Origin: Obrimoposthia wandeli
Lineage: Eukaryota
Direction: 5' to 3'
Length of the DNA: 64,000 nt
Assembly (NCBI GenBank): GCA_977020255.1
Contig: CDROCS010000669.1
Span: 124,001 to 188,000 of the forward strand
Part shown: positions 60,980 to 64,000 of the stretch, in pieces
Numbering within the stretch: position 1 is the stretch's first letter
Layout of the letters: every line of letters begins with the position of its first letter
Translations under genes and position numbers: made by a program
Notes under the pieces: generated by a model
What the model was told of the DNA's origin: nothing
The model's database searches: none
What the model saw: only the letters and a program-made list of their open reading frames with translations

Positions 60980-61581
60980 ATGGTAATACTGACGGGGTTG
61001 AATATATCAGATTTAACTCTTAGCTCATCAGGACAATCTTGGGTAAAATCAATAAAATGTACCCATGAGGAATGGTAGTAGCATCTTGAAATGCATCAAT
61101 CAGGTAATTTCTATTATTCGGGTAAGCTTGCCTTGAAACAAAATCAATAACGGCCTGATCACGTGGAATCAAAAAGAGAACAAAGTAATGTACATTTAAA
61201 TTACGAGTTCTATGATTCCCACTTAGGTGAAATAGATTTTGCGTGATGAAAATAACAGTTGCTTTACGATGTCTTGCTATTTTAGGGAATAAATGATTTA
61301 AATCATTCTCTTTATTTGCTTCTTGATACAAGTCATCAATAACAATAGCATCATGTTGCTGTAATCGCTCAGACCAATTATCATCAAATCCGTTATATTT
61401 TTGATTTTCTTAAACTCTTTACTAGTTAAACCTGCTTATCCATCTCCACCCCGAAGCCAATATATCTTATTAAACTTAAATTCAAAGTATTTATTATTTT
61501 GTAGTAACTTGCAAATAAAAAAGTTTTCCCACTACCACTAAGCCCTACAATTTGAAAAACCGAATTATTCTTTATGTCCAT
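60980..61581 (-). pseudogene. Packaging ATPase of element C
   Basis: VGLSGSGK; ARHRKATVIFITQNLFH...RTRNLNVHYFVLF..PRDQ. Confidence 0.88.
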
Positions 61582-61995
61582 ATAAAATAAATATTAGTGT
61601 TGGGCTAATGTTTATAAGACAAAGTTACTTAAAATATTTTATTACAATACATCCATCAAAAAAACAATAAAGAACTATTCTCCTAGAAAAAGCTCCTCTT
61701 CTCTTCTTTCGTCTCTTCTTTCTTCTTATTGTAGCTCAGAATGAAAAGATTGACTGCCTTATTGTGAATCATTCTTCTTACATGCTCCTCCAGAGGTAGA
61801 TACGTTGCTTCGATGAGTCTCAGACATTTTCTTCTAAAATATTTTTTGAGATAAAGCTCTTCACCGCTCGATCAACATCTTGCTTGAAATAATTGCGAGT
61901 AGACATGAAAATGAAGTAGGAGTATAAGGTTAACTGTTTAAATACTATACAACTAAAATCCGATTGGATGTTGGAAGATTCATAAGAAATACTAT

Positions 61996-62412
61996 TTATG
62001 TATGATAATGATTAAAAATACGTATTTGATTAAGCAAAGTTGCATTAGATGCAGCAATACTACGTTTAGCTTTAACAAGATTCCAAGCAGTGCTAACGCC
62101 CATTGAAAGAAATAAAAATACAATAACAATACAAACAGCATGTAAACTTCCAGAATGACTACATACTAAAACTTTTCCTCCATTTTTGATGGTTTCTTTA
62201 TTTATATTATTAGCCTGTTTATAATATTGTAATATTGTTTCTCCTAGTTTCGTATTTACAAAGATAGATGTATACTTTAATTCCTTATAAGATATCTTAT
62301 CCACTGGAGATATATTGTTTACATGTGTGAATTCCAATTTTAGAAGCTCAGTTTCATCAAACGCATTTCGGTAATTTCCAATATATAATTGATTTACTAA
62401 AATCTGGCTCAT
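61996..62412 (-). CDS. Dual-specificity-phosphatase-like cargo protein (138 aa), catalytic loop degenerate
   Basis: MSQILVNQLYIGNY..A....L....THV.N...GGKVLVCSHSGSLHAVCIVIVFL....AWNLVKAKRS.A..N..L..Q follows the DUSP fold consensus but lacks HCx5R. Confidence 0.75.
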   Translation of the reverse strand: MSQILVNQLYIGNYRNAFDETELLKLEFTHVNNISPVDKISYKELKYTSIFVNTKLGETILQYYKQANNINKETIKNGGKVLVCSHSGSLHAVCIVIVFLFLSMGVSTAWNLVKAKRSIAASNATLLNQIRIFNHYHT

Positions 62413-64000
62413 CGGGGTTATGTTTAATTTTTCTACATTAAGTGATTAAATCTAGCTCTAAAAAACTATCTAAAAATTGGGTTATATGATTCATTTCCAT
62501 ACTGGAAGCACGAGCTATTATGGGTTCCATCATATCCAAAGCATTAGTACTGACACTGATTGATTGGATTCTTTCGATTTTGATTTTGAAAAAGGCTTTC
62601 ATCTAGCATAGCTTTACACCCCATTATTTTACATGTTCCTAAATTATATTAAAACTTAAATGTAAAATAAATTACCGGATTTTAAAATTATAATTTGATG
62701 CGGCTTCGAAGTCCGAAATGGTAAGTGTTGAATATTGCTTACAACCATTCCCTTATAACTAATATTGACTAATTTTATATTATGAAGTAACATTTCTAAT
62801 TATTATAAACTGATTGCTATTTGAAAATCTAATTTTAGACCACATGTTATCTCTTTGGTCAAATGCCTATGATATGAAATCTAAAATGTATTACTCGTCT
62901 AATGATAAGTTCCCCATTTTGCGTAACGTGCAACAAATTTAGTAGTCAAAAGAAGATATAAAAAATAAATTTTAGATTTATATACTACTTGAAAATCTAT
63001 TTTTAGATTACATTGCAAATTATCGCTATAAACAATATCTCGATATTGATTTTTATTGAAAATGGATAATCAAGTTAGAGCAAGCACATATATAGGTTCT
63101 GGTAGTAATTTATATGCTAATATGGATTATAATAGAAATAATCATAGATAAAATATTAATCCAATAACTGAAACAATAACAAGGCCTACGCGCGTAACCG
63201 AAGAACGTAAGCCCTTCAAGGATATAACTAATACCAAGCGATTTTCATAAACAACGTTATTAAACAATTAGAATCGAGCTTCAAAAGATTAACAATTGAA
63301 TATTTGATTTTGCTTGAGTCAAACCCGCGCAATACTAACGTTGTGATAAACCCTGGAGTAAATGGATTATTGAAGAAATTATATATCCTTTAAGTTATAA
63401 AGTAAATTTTAATTTCGTTTCCTCACCATATTTCAGATTTATGACCTAGAGTTGACCATCAAATAAACCAGTGAGATGAGCTGCATGATTTATTGACTAA
63501 ACCTATACGACGGATGAGGAATCCGATGCAGAAATTACTAATGGAACTCAACTGAGGCTGATACACCAGTCAGATTAGCGATATAGACCAAAATGCGAAG
63601 ACTAGATCGAGATATCAGATGAAGATTCCATGGAATCTAGTGGGGTTGTAGTTAATGATTGAGTAATTACCTAATAATCATTAATCTGATTATGGGTTAG
63701 TAGTGTTAACCTATCATGTAATAAAATTTATCAGCATTATTAAGCTATAGAACGTTAAGATTAAAAATATTTGTGAGTTTTCGTCATTAATCTTTATTTA
63801 ATATTCAGTTTAGATACTTGAATTTGTCTGGAAGACATTTTACTTGAATTTATTAATTATAAGTTATTTTGAGCCGACTGTTGATTTTATAGTAGTCAAG
63901 TTGTTAGTGGTATCGCCTTGGTTATCGTTTTGTTGTTGTTCCAATCTTATCTGACTGTCGATTGCAGTTTTATTTTAAAGGAATTCCTACTGCCTGGTTA

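Larger units (their letters stand above)
46409..64000 (-). mobile_element. Polinton element C (divergent family; all core genes on the minus strand; right end probably beyond the window)
   Basis: Order phosphatase-like, ATPase, 109-aa-like ORF, integrase, penton, core protein, MCP, protease, nuclease, PolB. The left boundary AGTAG at 46409 is tentative. Confidence 0.8.

Noticed and set aside
1-64000. tRNA, rRNA or other structured ncRNA genes
   Set aside because: None recognised by eye; a covariance-model scan was not possible.

Overview
AT-rich eukaryotic (animal-like) genomic DNA. It holds two host genes: the last two exons of a MARK/PAR-1 kinase (KA1 domain, +) and a single-coding-exon CRELD-like gene (-). 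About 70% of the window is a cluster of three decayed Polinton/Maverick elements: A ~11.1-26.4 kb, B ~32.9-46.4 kb and C ~46.4 kb to beyond the window end. Across the three copies are protein-primed PolB, packaging ATPase, integrase, penton, major capsid protein and adenain-like protease genes. Accessory cargo includes TBP-like, dual-specificity-phosphatase-like, DEDD-nuclease-like and coiled-coil ORFs. The Polintons are interrupted by a hAT element, a hAT MITE and two near-identical DD35D pogo elements, each with its own TSD. Three things stand out. (i) The Polinton genes contain spliceosomal introns, including a 47-bp intron directly after the PolB start codon in all three copies; splicing fuses a Cys/His-rich, S/T-rich module to PolB. 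(ii) Element A sits in a ~5.3-kb inverted duplication that appears to have grown both outward and inward from its termini, inside a split gypsy relic. (iii) There are two different Polinton gene orders that share one accessory arm. All calls are by-eye motif recognition and manual alignment; no database searches were run.
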